A DNA stretch of 63,222 nt from an uncultured Fibrobacterota bacterium (GCA_963753345.1 CAVWBU010000052.1:1-63222), one strand, 5' to 3'; positions 19,409 through 30,176 are shown, numbered from the stretch's first letter. Notes: generated from the letters alone by a model not told the origin. Made by a program: numbers and translations.

Positions 19409-19984
19409 ATGGAACCATCATTCCCCGATCTTGGACCCGATTCCGCTGCGCAGGAGCACATCGGCCGCCTTGCTGATGGCGCCGTGCTGCTGGCGCGTGA
19501 TCTGCTCTCCGATCCCAATTTTTCCGCCGCGGTGGTGCTCATGTGCATTTACGCAAAGGAAAGCGGCGCCTACGGCCTTGTGCTCAACAGACCGTCGCAC
19601 ATGCCCCTGTCCGAGGTGTTCGACGGGTTTTCGGACATGGGCGACAGGCGCGAGCTTTACATCGGCGGACCGGTCGAGCAGGAGGAACTGCAGATCCTCG
19701 AGATCGCCGACGCGGGCCGCGACCAGTCACATCAGGTGGCGCCCAGGGTGTTTCTCGGGGGAAAATGGGAGAGCGTCGAGGAGATGCTTCTTGTCGAGCC
19801 TGATTCGACGCGCCTGTTTCTCGGGTATTCGGGCTGGGCGCCGGGCCAGCTCGAAAACGAAATAGCGGCCGGGGCGTGGGACGTGTTCCGGGTGGACGTG
19901 GAAAAACTGTTGATGAACTCCGGAAAGATGCTCACCGCAGATGTAAAGGCTATTGGTGAATTTTTAGATACTATAAAGTTGTAA
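19409..19984 (+). CDS. YqgE/AlgH family protein
   Basis: DPNF..VVL, GLVLNRP, YIGGPV, FLGYSGWAPGQLENEI. Confidence 0.9.
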   Translation: MEPSFPDLGPDSAAQEHIGRLADGAVLLARDLLSDPNFSAAVVLMCIYAKESGAYGLVLNRPSHMPLSEVFDGFSDMGDRRELYIGGPVEQEELQILEIADAGRDQSHQVAPRVFLGGKWESVEEMLLVEPDSTRLFLGYSGWAPGQLENEIAAGAWDVFRVDVEKLLMNSGKMLTADVKAIGEFLDTIKL

Positions 19985-19998
19985 GAAGTATAAAAGAT

Positions 19999-20174
19999 TG
20001 GGCGCCCCGCCGCGCTGACGCGCGTCGGCGGCCCTCCCTTCCGGTCCACCCCTTCGGGTGCTTCCAAGGGTCGTCGGCCTTTGGCCTCGGGCCGCCACGG
20101 CCCTATGGCCCACAGGGCCGGGTCCGGGCGGCATCCCGCTCCAGCGGGACCTCCAGTCCGGCCTGGCGCGTGGC
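19999..20174 (-). repeat. module B' copy (GCGCC/GGCGC subtype)
   Basis: minus strand reads GCCACGCGCCAGGCCGGACTGGAGG...CGGCGGGGCGCCCA. Confidence 0.85.
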
Positions 20175-20264
20175 AACAGAAATCTTTCGCAGTCGTCACA
20201 TCTGACTGATTGGAGTGCATGTGCATTGTTTCAAGCGAATGCTACAACGCGCAAGTACTACAAC

Positions 20265-20451
20265 TTGACAGAATGGATTCCCGTATTCGCGCGTTAGGTG
20301 GACTGGAGGGTGAGCTAGAGTGAATTGCCGGCCGACCCCGGCCGAAGGCCATCGGGGCGGTCCGGCAACGAGGCGAACAGCCGAGCCCGGAAGGAGACCG
20401 ACCCCATGGAGAGGCACACAGCCGTGCGCCTCTCCATGGGGGGAACGCCCA
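20265..20451 (+). repeat. TTGACA + module B copy
   Basis: TTGACA 20265; CGCGCGTTAGGTGGACTGGAGG...GGGGAACGCCCA. Confidence 0.85.
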
Positions 20452-20466
20452 AGTCTTTTCTTTATT

Positions 20467-22491
20467 TCAAAAGATCATCGTTATAAACGAATGAGCTGGA
20501 ATCGACGGCTTTACAATCTGCGACCCGAGCTTGAGTTTGAAATTCACCGCTGCCGCGCCGCGGTTCATCACCACAACCACGATAGTTCCGTTGGCGTTCA
20601 GAAAGGCAGTCGACTCCAGCGTTGATGCGGTGCTCGTGAATCCGACCCGCATTGCGCCCGGCCGCACATACCTGCTGAAATGCGCGATGGTGTAGTAGTG
20701 CGGGTTGACAAAATAAGTTTTCTGCGCTTGGTTGGTCATGATCGGCGCGTTGCCGACGCTGCCCGTCCAGCCCGGCCCGCCGTTTTCGTCCACGCACAGA
20801 TTCCATTCGTTCCAGCCGTTGCTCCAGTGGTTCATGTCGCCGATAAGGTCGTGGCCTTCGCGCTCGGCCTGACCCCAGTCCACTTTGTAACTTCCGTCGG
20901 CGTTGTAGCCTTTGAAGGGCTCGGCCACTTCTGTTTCGACAAGAAGTTTGGAGGCATAGCTGTTGTGAAAGGCCGTGAGACTGTCGAACATGTCTCCCGA
21001 ATACCAGTGATACGCCGCGCCCAGCGCATATTTTCCGGCCGCCGTATCGCCGATGATGGTGTTTCCCCAGGCGTTGAGCAGGTCCTTGTTGTGGTCCCAT
21101 ATCATCACTTTCACTTTGTTAAGCAGCCCTTCGGCCTGCAATTGGGGGCCCAGGTTGTCGTGCAGCAGGGTCCGCTCCTGCTGGGCAGTGTAGGTGCACG
21201 AGGGATACCAGGGTGAATCGAACGCAGGCTCGTTCTGCATGGTGATGGCCCAGATATCGACGCCGTTCCGGTTCATCTCCTCCACGTATTTGCACAGGTA
21301 AAGGCCGAACGCGGCGTAGCAGTTGGAAAGCAGGGTGCCGTGGAGCCAGTTGTTGGTGGACTTCATCCACGGCGGGGGACTCCACGGCGCGGCGAAAATC
21401 TTTATGTCGGCGCCGGGGACCGATTTTGCCTGCTGGATCATGGGTATCATCCACTGCTGATCGTGAACAATGGAAAAATCGTTGAGGCTGAAATCGTTGG
21501 CGGTGTTATCGTAGAAGTACGGGGCCACCGAGAAATCGCTGGAGCCTATCTGCGTGCGGCCCATGGTGAATCCCGCGCCGGTGTACGGGTTGAAGAACAG
21601 ATCCATGATTTCCTTGCGCGGCCCCGGTCCTATGTTGCTCATGCAGTAAACGGCCGCCTCGGTGAACGCCGCGCCGAACCCGAGAATCGTCTGGTACTTC
21701 TGCGATGTGTCAACAGTAATCGTGGGCATGGCGGAGCCGTCGTCTGCGGCAAACGCAAGCGCGGGTTTTAGCGCGAGTCTGTCGCCTGCCTGCGAGGTCT
21801 GGACAACCACGGCCTGACCGTCGGGCACGGTCCTGCTCAGCACGAAATCGTACACGCCGGTGTAGCTGTCTATGGAGAGGCTGGCCGTGGTGTAGCCGAC
21901 CGATCCGGCAAGCATCGAATCGACTAAAGCTGCGATTTTGTCAAGTGCGGCAGTCCGGCTTCCCGCAGGCTGCGAAAATCCGGTGCACGGTTTTGCCCCG
22001 TTCGTGAACGGCATGGGAATCACCGTTGCGGCGAAACCCACGGCGGCCTTCAGGAAGTAAACCTGCGAGGACAGCGGCACCTGCGCTCCGGCAAGAAGGG
22101 AAATCCGGTATTCGCCCTTGGAAAGGTCCCTGTCGAGAAGCGATGCTGCGAGCCTGCCGTGGCAGTCGAAGAGTTCCAGACGGACGCGTTCCCGTGCATT
22201 GACAACCGAAAACCGCAGCACGCCGTTGGCAAGGGTGATCCGGCCTGTGGCGCACGGCGAGGACGAAGATGGGTGAAGGACCGCCGTAGACCCGGAAACT
22301 ATGGCATACACGCCCGTTGAGTCGGTGACCGCCGACTTCCCGGCCGACACAATGCTTACCATGGCGCCGGCAAGCGGTTTGCCTGCTGCGTTCTTGACAG
22401 TGCCGGTGATGTTGATCTGTTGGCCGAACAGGGAGGAACTGCAGGCAAGAAAACAGAAAAAGACGATTGCAAAGCGCCGCAAAGTCGGCAT
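20467..22491 (-). CDS. secreted glycoside hydrolase family 30 with N-terminal beta-sandwich domains
   Basis: signal peptide, GFGAAFTE, IGSSDFS, APWSPPPWMK, ITMQNEP, YHWY, LVETE, WNEWNL. Confidence 0.88.
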   Translation of the reverse strand: MPTLRRFAIVFFCFLACSSSLFGQQINITGTVKNAAGKPLAGAMVSIVSAGKSAVTDSTGVYAIVSGSTAVLHPSSSSPCATGRITLANGVLRFSVVNARERVRLELFDCHGRLAASLLDRDLSKGEYRISLLAGAQVPLSSQVYFLKAAVGFAATVIPMPFTNGAKPCTGFSQPAGSRTAALDKIAALVDSMLAGSVGYTTASLSIDSYTGVYDFVLSRTVPDGQAVVVQTSQAGDRLALKPALAFAADDGSAMPTITVDTSQKYQTILGFGAAFTEAAVYCMSNIGPGPRKEIMDLFFNPYTGAGFTMGRTQIGSSDFSVAPYFYDNTANDFSLNDFSIVHDQQWMIPMIQQAKSVPGADIKIFAAPWSPPPWMKSTNNWLHGTLLSNCYAAFGLYLCKYVEEMNRNGVDIWAITMQNEPAFDSPWYPSCTYTAQQERTLLHDNLGPQLQAEGLLNKVKVMIWDHNKDLLNAWGNTIIGDTAAGKYALGAAYHWYSGDMFDSLTAFHNSYASKLLVETEVAEPFKGYNADGSYKVDWGQAEREGHDLIGDMNHWSNGWNEWNLCVDENGGPGWTGSVGNAPIMTNQAQKTYFVNPHYYTIAHFSRYVRPGAMRVGFTSTASTLESTAFLNANGTIVVVVMNRGAAAVNFKLKLGSQIVKPSIPAHSFITMIF

Positions 22492-22623
22492 AACTCCTCC
22501 TTCCCCCTCACCATACCATAATTTAGGACCTTCTGGGCGGCATGGCCAGGCTTTTTTCGAGTGTTTGGAACGGATACAAGATAAGTTATGAATTGGTTGC
22601 AGTAAAAAACCAAGGAAAAAGCT

Positions 22624-22802
22624 TTGACTGAATAGAATTCCGTTACTGTGCGTTAGGGGCGACTGGAGGTCCCGCTAGAGCGGGATGCTGCCCGGACCCG
22701 GCCCTGTGGGCCATAGGGCCGTGGCGGCCCGAGGCTGAAGGCCGAGACCGGAAGGAGAACCGACCCGAGCCTCAGTTTTGACGTAGGCGAGGGGAACGCC
22801 CA
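22624..22802 (+). repeat. TTGACT + module B copy
   Basis: TTGACT 22624; B 22645-22802. Confidence 0.85.
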
Positions 22803-23299
22803 GGTCTTCTCTTTGTATTTACTTTTCGCTTTCTTTCTCTTCTTTGCACCAGCGACGTCACCCTCGGATAAAACCCCCACTGCTCGTAGAACTTGAACGC
22901 CGACTCGTTGCCGACCGCAACGTTGACGGACGCCGATTTCACCTTCTTCCTTCCGAACCAGTTCAGCATCCGCTTGACAAGCGAACTGCCGACGCCACGG
23001 CGGCGAAAAGACTCGTCGACATACATCGACTCGATTTCGGCATGGCCGCGGCTGTTGATGACCGCGACACAGTATCCAACGCATCGTCTTCCGGCGGCAC
23101 TCTCCGCGAGCGCGATGCGCAGCGAGCCTGCGGCCGCCTTTTCCAGCAGATCGGCCCTCCGGCCGGGCCAGCGCATGGTTTGAAACTCGCCGCTGAAATG
23201 GACGGAAATGCCCGCATGATGGCGGGTGAGCTTTCGCCACAACGGCGCGATTGTTTCGAGAAGCGGGGCGCCGCCTTCGATGATACGGAAATTCGTCAT
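22772..23299 (-). CDS. GNAT family N-acetyltransferase
   Basis: EIESMYVDESFRRRGVG, NESAFKFYEQWGF; stop codon lies inside module B. Confidence 0.85.
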   Translation of the reverse strand: MTNFRIIEGGAPLLETIAPLWRKLTRHHAGISVHFSGEFQTMRWPGRRADLLEKAAAGSLRIALAESAAGRRCVGYCVAVINSRGHAEIESMYVDESFRRRGVGSSLVKRMLNWFGRKKVKSASVNVAVGNESAFKFYEQWGFYPRVTSLVQRRERKRKVNTKRRPGRSPRLRQN

Positions 23300-23541
23300 G
23301 GTTGTTTGCCTGGTTGAGGAAGAATCACCACGATGACACAAAGGAAACCGGGAAAAACAATGAGTTACTTAGAAAGATAATGAAGAAATATACTATCGAC
23401 CGATGAATGACGATAAAGAGCGTTATTGCCATCCGCTGTTGCCTATCACTATATTCAGAATACTTATCCAACCATAAACAACTGACACCATTCACCCATA
23501 GCACCTAACCTTCGGTGCACTTCATACGGAAGGAGACGCCC

Positions 23542-24510
23542 ATGAACTACCGTCCCTTCGGAAAAACCAACTGGCAGGTGAGCGAAATCGGCTGCGGCAT
23601 GTGGGGGCTGGCCGACTGGACCGGCTCCAGCGACGCGGAATCCGACGAGGCGCTCGACTGCGCTGTGGAAAACGGATGTAATTTTTTCGACACCGCCTGG
23701 GCCTACGGCAAGGGAAAAAGCGAAAGGATTCTCGCACGGCTCATCAAGCGGCACCCGGAGAAGAAACTCTACGTCGCGACGAAAATTCCGCCCAAGAACC
23801 TCAAGTGGCCATCCAAGGCCGACTACGCTCTCGATGATTGCTTTCCGCCCGAACACATCATCGAATACGCGGAGAAAAGCCTGAAGAACCTCGAAGTTCC
23901 GATAGACCTCTTGCAGTTTCACGTGTGGGAAGACGGATGGGCGCGCGACCACCGGTGGCAGGACGCGGTCGCGCGGCTTAAACGCCAGGGCAAGATCAAG
24001 GCGGTGGGGGTGTCCGTCAACAGGTGGGAGCCCGACAACTGCCTCGAAACGATTCAGACAGGGATTGTGGACTGTGTCCAGGTGATTTACAACATTTTCG
24101 ACCAGGCGCCCGAGGACCGGCTGCTGCCGGTGTGCAGGGCATACGGCACCGCCGTGATCGCGCGCGTGCCGTTCGACGAGGGCACGCTTGCGGGCGCGGT
24201 GACGCGAACCACCACATTCCCGGCGAATGATTGGCGCTCAAGCTACTTTGTTCAGGAAAATTTTGAGCCGAGCATGGACCGCGTGGACCGGCTCAGGCAG
24301 ATCCTGCCTCAGGGGATGACCCTGCCGGAAATGGCGCTCAGGTTCATCCTGAGCAATCCGATCGTGTCCACCACGATCCCGGGCATGCGCAGAAAAGGCC
24401 ACGTGCTTTCGAACATCGCCGCGTCTCAGGCCGGGCCGCTTGACAATGCGCTTCTTGCCGAGCTGAAACAGCACAGGTGGGACCGGCAGCCGGCGTGGTG
24501 GTCGCAGTAA
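23542..24510 (+). CDS. aldo/keto reductase
   Basis: VSEIGCGMW, FFDTAWAYG, VATK, IDLLQFH, IPGMR. Confidence 0.92.
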   Translation: MNYRPFGKTNWQVSEIGCGMWGLADWTGSSDAESDEALDCAVENGCNFFDTAWAYGKGKSERILARLIKRHPEKKLYVATKIPPKNLKWPSKADYALDDCFPPEHIIEYAEKSLKNLEVPIDLLQFHVWEDGWARDHRWQDAVARLKRQGKIKAVGVSVNRWEPDNCLETIQTGIVDCVQVIYNIFDQAPEDRLLPVCRAYGTAVIARVPFDEGTLAGAVTRTTTFPANDWRSSYFVQENFEPSMDRVDRLRQILPQGMTLPEMALRFILSNPIVSTTIPGMRRKGHVLSNIAASQAGPLDNALLAELKQHRWDRQPAWWSQ

Positions 24511-24600
24511 AAGAGTTCAAAGTTGAAAGTTGCAAGTTGAAAGCAAGATAGCGGAAAACAGAAAAAATCCCGGACTTTGAACTTTCAACTTTGAACTCTT
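24511..24600. repeat. 21-bp inverted repeat built from heptamer arrays
   Basis: AAGAGTTCAAAGTTGAAAGTT (24511-24531) and its exact reverse complement (24580-24600). Confidence 0.85.
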
Positions 24601-24806
24601 GCATTTATTCCAGCCACACCATCCGGGAGTGGTGGCCTGTTCATTTATGTGAAGTAATTCGGTGTGCCACGATCATCCTTGATCGTATTCTTCTGTTCAT
24701 CCTCCAAATCCCTACTGCGATCCTTGAAAACCAAACCGCAGGTAATCCGCCCTCTCAGCAGCTCAAACATCTTGGGGAATAATCAGTAGACAATTCTATC
24801 TTATCT

Positions 24807-24898
24807 GTCAACTACCAACCGTCAACTGTCAACTCTTCTTTTTCAACTCTTCACTCTTAACTCTCAACTCTGAACTCTCAACTTTCAACTTGTAACTT
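24807..24898. repeat. degenerate heptamer tandem array (TCAACTC-like)
   Basis: about a dozen imperfect units, overlapping the 3' end of the minus-strand ORF. Confidence 0.8.
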
Positions 24899-25386
24899 GC
24901 CAAAGCTCCGGCCCTCGAATTCTCCATCATCACCACCCTCGACTGCGCCTTCCAGGCCTTGAACGGATTGAAATGCCTGAACGTCTCGATCAGGTACACC
25001 GAGCGCCCCACGCCGGCGATCACCAGGAAGATGCACACGATGCCGAGCCAGAGAAGCGTCCTGCCGCGCCGAATTGCCCTTGATCCGTCGACTACCTTTG
25101 TGTCGTGGATCACCTTCTGGCCCGGATAGGGCATACGCTTTGAGCGAATGATCCTCCTGCCCACGACGATCAGATAGATGGACGGCCCGACAAGCGGGAC
25201 AAGCAGGCAGATTATGGTTATTTCCGACGCGGTCATCAGGTCCTGAAAGCCGACCCGATTCACATAGGCAAAATACGGTGGAAGGCCGAAGTAGAGGACA
25301 AGGCCAAGCGCGGCGAGGCACACGAGATAAACGGTAAAGAGCCGTTGCCGGTACGGTTTATCGGTTCTGACGATTTCGGGTTCCAT
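24829..25386 (-). CDS. hypothetical membrane protein
   Basis: three hydrophobic segments, RMPYPGQKVIHDT; start MEPEIV after AAGGA. Confidence 0.6.
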   Translation of the reverse strand: MEPEIVRTDKPYRQRLFTVYLVCLAALGLVLYFGLPPYFAYVNRVGFQDLMTASEITIICLLVPLVGPSIYLIVVGRRIIRSKRMPYPGQKVIHDTKVVDGSRAIRRGRTLLWLGIVCIFLVIAGVGRSVYLIETFRHFNPFKAWKAQSRVVMMENSRAGALASYKLKVESSELRVKSEELKKKS

Positions 25387-25418
25387 GCGTTCCTTTGTGG
25401 TTTTCGGCCGGGGTTTCG

Positions 25419-27338
25419 CTACAATCGCGCCAGTATCTTCCGTATTGCGGCTTTCATTCGCAGTGTTCTCGAAATGGTTTCCTTGACAAAAGCATCCCCC
25501 GACGCCGCACCATGAGCCATATCGTAATCGTCGATAATGCGCCGGCCCCGCGCGTCGTCCTTTTCCTTTGCCGAAAGTGTCCCGGCCGCGATGGTGTCGA
25601 GCATGCCGAGAAGCCGCTCGCAGTTTTCCCTTATGCTGCGGGAGGTGAAGCCTTCTCTTGAGAGCATGGCGCGCTGGTGTTCCCACAGAGGGTCGGCCGT
25701 TGCCCTGCCATATATCGACAACGCTGATCCTTTGGAAGCAAGCCGGGAAACAAGCCCGCGCAGACAATAATATTCTATGAAGAAGTTGTACGTGTCAATG
25801 CCTTTCCGGCGGTTCTGCTCGGTGATGAAGTTCTGGCCGGCGCCGGGAATGTGCGATTCGTCGTACCAGGGTCGGGTCTCGGTTACCAGGGCGAGGCGGT
25901 CGCGTCCGTGAAGGAGCAGGTCGATGATGCCGGGGGAGAACGTTTCAAACGAGAATGAGGACCGCGTTGCCCTGTTGCGCTTCTCGAACTTTGCCTCGTT
26001 TCTGAGGACCATGTACAGGTTGTCGGACAAAACCCATCCCGGAAACAGCTCGTTCTGGGAGGGCCGGGCGCCTTCGGGGCGGTGGGCGGGAATGTTGATA
26101 AGCGAGAATGGGAATTCGAGCCTCTGCGGGGGCGTGGTGACGCCGGTGGCGATCACGGTGTACGGCGCGCGGGAAAAATCAGCCGGATACTTCACGTTGA
26201 CCCCGAGCCCAAGAAACATCCCCTCCCCGCACCAAAGCTCTTGATCGGGCGCACGCGAGGTGTGGTTGGAACCCACGTTCGCGCCGCTGGCGACATTTCC
26301 CTTTCCTTGGGGCCACAGAACGCCGATGAGCATCGACTGATGATGGAGGCCCACAAACGGCCCGACGAGGCTTGCGGTCACCTCGCCCTGGGCGATCTGC
26401 GTGTTGGGCCCGACAATGCTGTTCGTCACCTTCGCATGCTTTTCCGCGGAGGAGTGCTCGGCAAACACCGAGTGTTCGACAATTGCCATGGAAGAAACCG
26501 TGCAGCCCCATTGCAGGCACGAGTTCCTCACGATTGCGCCATCCTCCACACGAGTTTCGCCTGGCGCCGAGCACAGCATTGTGGCGTTTTCCACAAGCGC
26601 GGCGCCGCTGACCATGCAGCCCGGCCCAAGAAACGCGTCGACAACCCTGGCCGAGCACCGGACAATAGCGCCCGCGCCGACGACGCTGAACGGCAGGGAG
26701 CAGCCTCGCGCGTAGTTCTTGACAAAGCGCGCATATTCACCGAGAAACGACCGGTCGCCGCGACGCAGGGCTGCTTCGCGCGCGACGGGAACCGAAAGTT
26801 CGGCATACACGGGGATGTCGCGGCCGCCGGTCTCAATCCCCACCTGAACAACGGTTCCGTTGCCGAAAGCGGTCGTGCCGCTGCACGCAAGCTCTCCCAC
26901 GGAAAAGACCACTGCACCGGCGGCGATGACGCAGCGCGACACAACGGAATTGCACACCAGGCTGTCGTTTCCGATTTCCGAATCGATGATCGTGCTTTTG
27001 TAAATGCCGCAGGGGAGCGCGAGTCCGGCGTCCACCTTGACCGCACGCTTGGAAAACGAGCCGATTATGCAGGAACCTGAAAATGTTGAATGGAATATTG
27101 CGGACGGATTGAAGCCGCGTGCGACGCGGATCTTTCGCCAATCGGCGCAGGTGTTGCCGCGCGCCTCAAGGTGCGAGATTTCTTTGGCGGTGAGCGGCCG
27201 CGTCGACCTTCCGAACAGGCGGCTGGCCGTGGGGTGAGCGCGCAAGGAGGCCGCGGCTAAGAGGAATTCCGAAGAGTCAAGCAGCGGGCCGATTAGGGAT
27301 TTGAGGTCTCGGGTCATGGTGCTCCGGGCTTGCGGCAT
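25419..27338 (-). CDS. DUF4954 family protein (beta-helix repeats)
   Basis: LEARGNTCADW, ETGGRDI, GPFVGLHHQS, GANVGSNHTSRAPDQE. Confidence 0.75.
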   Translation of the reverse strand: MPQARSTMTRDLKSLIGPLLDSSEFLLAAASLRAHPTASRLFGRSTRPLTAKEISHLEARGNTCADWRKIRVARGFNPSAIFHSTFSGSCIIGSFSKRAVKVDAGLALPCGIYKSTIIDSEIGNDSLVCNSVVSRCVIAAGAVVFSVGELACSGTTAFGNGTVVQVGIETGGRDIPVYAELSVPVAREAALRRGDRSFLGEYARFVKNYARGCSLPFSVVGAGAIVRCSARVVDAFLGPGCMVSGAALVENATMLCSAPGETRVEDGAIVRNSCLQWGCTVSSMAIVEHSVFAEHSSAEKHAKVTNSIVGPNTQIAQGEVTASLVGPFVGLHHQSMLIGVLWPQGKGNVASGANVGSNHTSRAPDQELWCGEGMFLGLGVNVKYPADFSRAPYTVIATGVTTPPQRLEFPFSLINIPAHRPEGARPSQNELFPGWVLSDNLYMVLRNEAKFEKRNRATRSSFSFETFSPGIIDLLLHGRDRLALVTETRPWYDESHIPGAGQNFITEQNRRKGIDTYNFFIEYYCLRGLVSRLASKGSALSIYGRATADPLWEHQRAMLSREGFTSRSIRENCERLLGMLDTIAAGTLSAKEKDDARGRRIIDDYDMAHGAASGDAFVKETISRTLRMKAAIRKILARL

Positions 27339-27502
27339 GCCAATCTAATGCTGGAAACGGAATGCGTGTAGAGTTTCATCATGGAAATTATCACAATCCG
27401 CCGACAAATGCAAGCATGAGATTACACAATGCCCGGCAACGGGCGCGCACCCCAATTTTGCCGTTCCCGCAAACAGGGTGCCTAGTATATTTAACGGCAG
27501 CC

Positions 27503-28666
27503 ATGCCTCAAACCTTCGACATCATCATAATCGGCGCAGGGCCGGCGGGCCTGAGCGCGGCGCTTGCAGCGCTTGCGGCAAAGCCGAAGCCGTCGGTGCT
27601 GCTGGTTGACCGGGTCGCGCCGTGGGAAAAACCCATTGCCTGCGCCGAAGGCGTGTGGACCGATCAGCTTTATGCGGCGCTTGACGTGAAACCGGAATGG
27701 GTGCGGTTCAAGATAAGCAAGCTGGTGCTTTGTTCCGCCGACGGATCGAGAGTCACCCATTTCGCAAAGGAGGCGGGCTGCATCATCAACAGGCAACTGA
27801 TGCAGCGCGACTTGGCCGGGCAGTGCAAAGCGCTCGGCGCTGAGATGCGGCTCAACGCGTGCGTGGCTGGCATCGCGCCGGAATCGGGTTCGCTCCGCGG
27901 CGTGCGATTTGCCGACGGGACCGTAGTGTCGGGCCGCACCGTGATCGATGCTTCCGGCCCGATCGCGGGGTTCGGGAAAAATGAGAATATCGCCTGGAAA
28001 CCGCCCGATCTGGAACCTGCGTATTTTGTCATAGCGGAAAACGCCGGCATTGCCGCGGACGAAATCCATGTCCATCTTGGTGGCAGCGTTGCGCCGGGCG
28101 GCTATGTTTGGGCGTTTCCCCGCGAAAACAACGGCGCAAACATCGGGCTGGTGCTGGGTGCTTCATACCGCGGGAAGGTTGACATAAGAAAACTTCTCGC
28201 TTCGTTTCTCGCGTCAAACTTTCCCGACGCGACCGTAAAGGGGCGCCATGCGGGCGCGATCCCCTGCGGCGGGAAGCAGCTGCCGATCGCGGTGAGCAGA
28301 CTGGCGAAGGCGGGCGACGCGGCGAGCATGGTCAACCCGTTTTCGCGAGCGGGCATCATGGAGGCCGTGATAAGCGGGACGCTGGCCGGCCTCTGCGCGT
28401 GCGAGATGCTTGCCGCAGGATCACCGGAAAAAATGCGCGCCGCATGCAGAGGCTATGAGAAGCGCTGGCTCAAGGCCCTGGGGAAAAAGCAGGAGAGGCT
28501 GGCGCGGGCAAAGGACGCGCTCTTCAAGATACCCGACGCAGATTACAACGCGGCGTTCGCTGCGCTGTCGAAGATTCCTCCTGACAAGCGCTCCATTACA
28601 AAAATCATCGGCTTGAGTTTGGGCAGGTTCCCGCGCCTCGCGTTCGCCATGCGGCACCTGATTTAA
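27503..28666 (+). CDS. geranylgeranyl reductase family FAD-dependent oxidoreductase
   Basis: IIIGAGPAG, CAEG, APGGYVWAFP, AGDAASMVNP. Confidence 0.85.
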   Translation: MPQTFDIIIIGAGPAGLSAALAALAAKPKPSVLLVDRVAPWEKPIACAEGVWTDQLYAALDVKPEWVRFKISKLVLCSADGSRVTHFAKEAGCIINRQLMQRDLAGQCKALGAEMRLNACVAGIAPESGSLRGVRFADGTVVSGRTVIDASGPIAGFGKNENIAWKPPDLEPAYFVIAENAGIAADEIHVHLGGSVAPGGYVWAFPRENNGANIGLVLGASYRGKVDIRKLLASFLASNFPDATVKGRHAGAIPCGGKQLPIAVSRLAKAGDAASMVNPFSRAGIMEAVISGTLAGLCACEMLAAGSPEKMRAACRGYEKRWLKALGKKQERLARAKDALFKIPDADYNAAFAALSKIPPDKRSITKIIGLSLGRFPRLAFAMRHLI

Positions 28667-28790
28667 GAAACCTGTCTTCGTGGACGACAGTGGCACACGT
28701 TTTTTGATTTCCGGTCAAACAGGGTACTCGTGCGCTGTTGCACCATGACCAAAATAAAAATTGGAGCCTTTCCTGTCGGCTATCGTTTCT

Positions 28791-28932
28791 GCGTGCCCCC
28801 GCAGCGATGCTTCGGGCTTGCCACTGATTTGTCAAGGGGGCTACGCAGGAGGGGGTAGCGGAGGACCGGCGCGGAATAAGGTGAACTTTGAGAATACGAG
28901 CGCCGGGCCGGAGCGAGGGGGAGCCTTCCCCC
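28791..28932 (-). repeat. solo module A copy
   Basis: minus strand reads GGGGGAAGGCTCCCCCT...CTGCGTAGCCCCC...TGCGGGGGCACGC. Confidence 0.85.
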
Positions 28933-28969
28933 ACATGAAGATTTGTTTTATTGACAAGTATGAATTTAT

Positions 28970-29932
28970 TTAAGCTTCGTCCTCCGCCCTCATCCTCTCG
29001 TAAAACTTGACAAACGTGTCTTTGCCTGTTCCCGCCCTCTGGCCGTCCACGAAGCTCATGGCGTCCTGCGGATGAAGATTGAGCATTCCCGAAACCATGT
29101 AGGGAATGTTATATCCCCATTCCATTTCCGCGCGCAGCGGCAAGATGGTGGTTTCGATCACGTCAAGGATGGGCCTGATGTTGAACTTGGGGTTCTTGAG
29201 GAACCCCATGAGGAGTTCGAGCGGGCAATTGCCTGCCGCGCGGCCGAGGCCGTAAAGCGTGCCGTCAAGATAATTGGCGTTTTTGATGATCCCTTCGATG
29301 GTGTTGGCGAATCCGAGCTGCATCTGGTTGTGGCAGTGTATGCCGATTTCCTTGGTGCGCAGGTAGCGCTGGAATTTGTGGACAAGGTAGTCGATGTCTT
29401 CGCTGTACAGTGACCCGAAGCTGTCGACGATGTAACACGCCGTGATTGACGTCTCGGACTCGATCTGCTGCAGGGCCTCGTCGAGGTCGCGCTCAAGCAC
29501 ATGCGAAATGGCCATGATGTTGATGGTGGCTTCGTATCCTTTTTTCGTCGCGTTGTTTGCAAGCGCGATCGCCTTGTCAACGTCTTTGACGTAGGTGGCG
29601 ACGCGGACCATGTCGACCACGCTTTCCGATTTGGGGATGACGTCGTCGCCGGTGGCCTTGTGCGCGTCCTGCATGATCGCTATCTTGGCGGTCTTGGTTA
29701 CGCCTTCGGTGGCCTTCCTGAGCATGTCCTCTTCGCAGAACCGCCATGCCCCGTACTTGCCGGGCGAGAAGTGCTCCTTGCTGTTGCGGTATCCCAGCTC
29801 GATGATATCGACGCCTGCCTGGCTGCAGGCCGAGTAGATGTTTCGCACGGTCTCGAGCGTGAATTTCGAGTTGTTCATCAATCCGCCGTCGCGGATCGTG
29901 CAGTCGCAGACTTTGATTTGTGGCCGGAACAT
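28970..29932 (-). CDS. HMGL-like (DRE-TIM) aldolase catalytic domain protein
   Basis: DCTIRDGG, IVDSFG, GIHCHN, GLGRAAGN. Confidence 0.85.
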   Translation of the reverse strand: MFRPQIKVCDCTIRDGGLMNNSKFTLETVRNIYSACSQAGVDIIELGYRNSKEHFSPGKYGAWRFCEEDMLRKATEGVTKTAKIAIMQDAHKATGDDVIPKSESVVDMVRVATYVKDVDKAIALANNATKKGYEATINIMAISHVLERDLDEALQQIESETSITACYIVDSFGSLYSEDIDYLVHKFQRYLRTKEIGIHCHNQMQLGFANTIEGIIKNANYLDGTLYGLGRAAGNCPLELLMGFLKNPKFNIRPILDVIETTILPLRAEMEWGYNIPYMVSGMLNLHPQDAMSFVDGQRAGTGKDTFVKFYERMRAEDEA

Positions 29933-30176
29933 AGACCGATCCTGGTATGGTTGAGGTGCTTCTTCGCAAATGCAAAGAGCTGAAAATAGTTCTTTCCCGA
30001 GGCGCAGGCGACGTTGTTATGCACAGGATGATTAAATACGGAGGCCGCTACGCCGTATTGTTGATTTCGGGCCGTTACGCGGAGCCATGTTCTTTTTCGC
30101 AGGTGCCGAAGCCCCCGGAACCTTGCTGGGGGGTATTCAATTATTTTATACACTCATTTATAGCAGGGGAATACCC

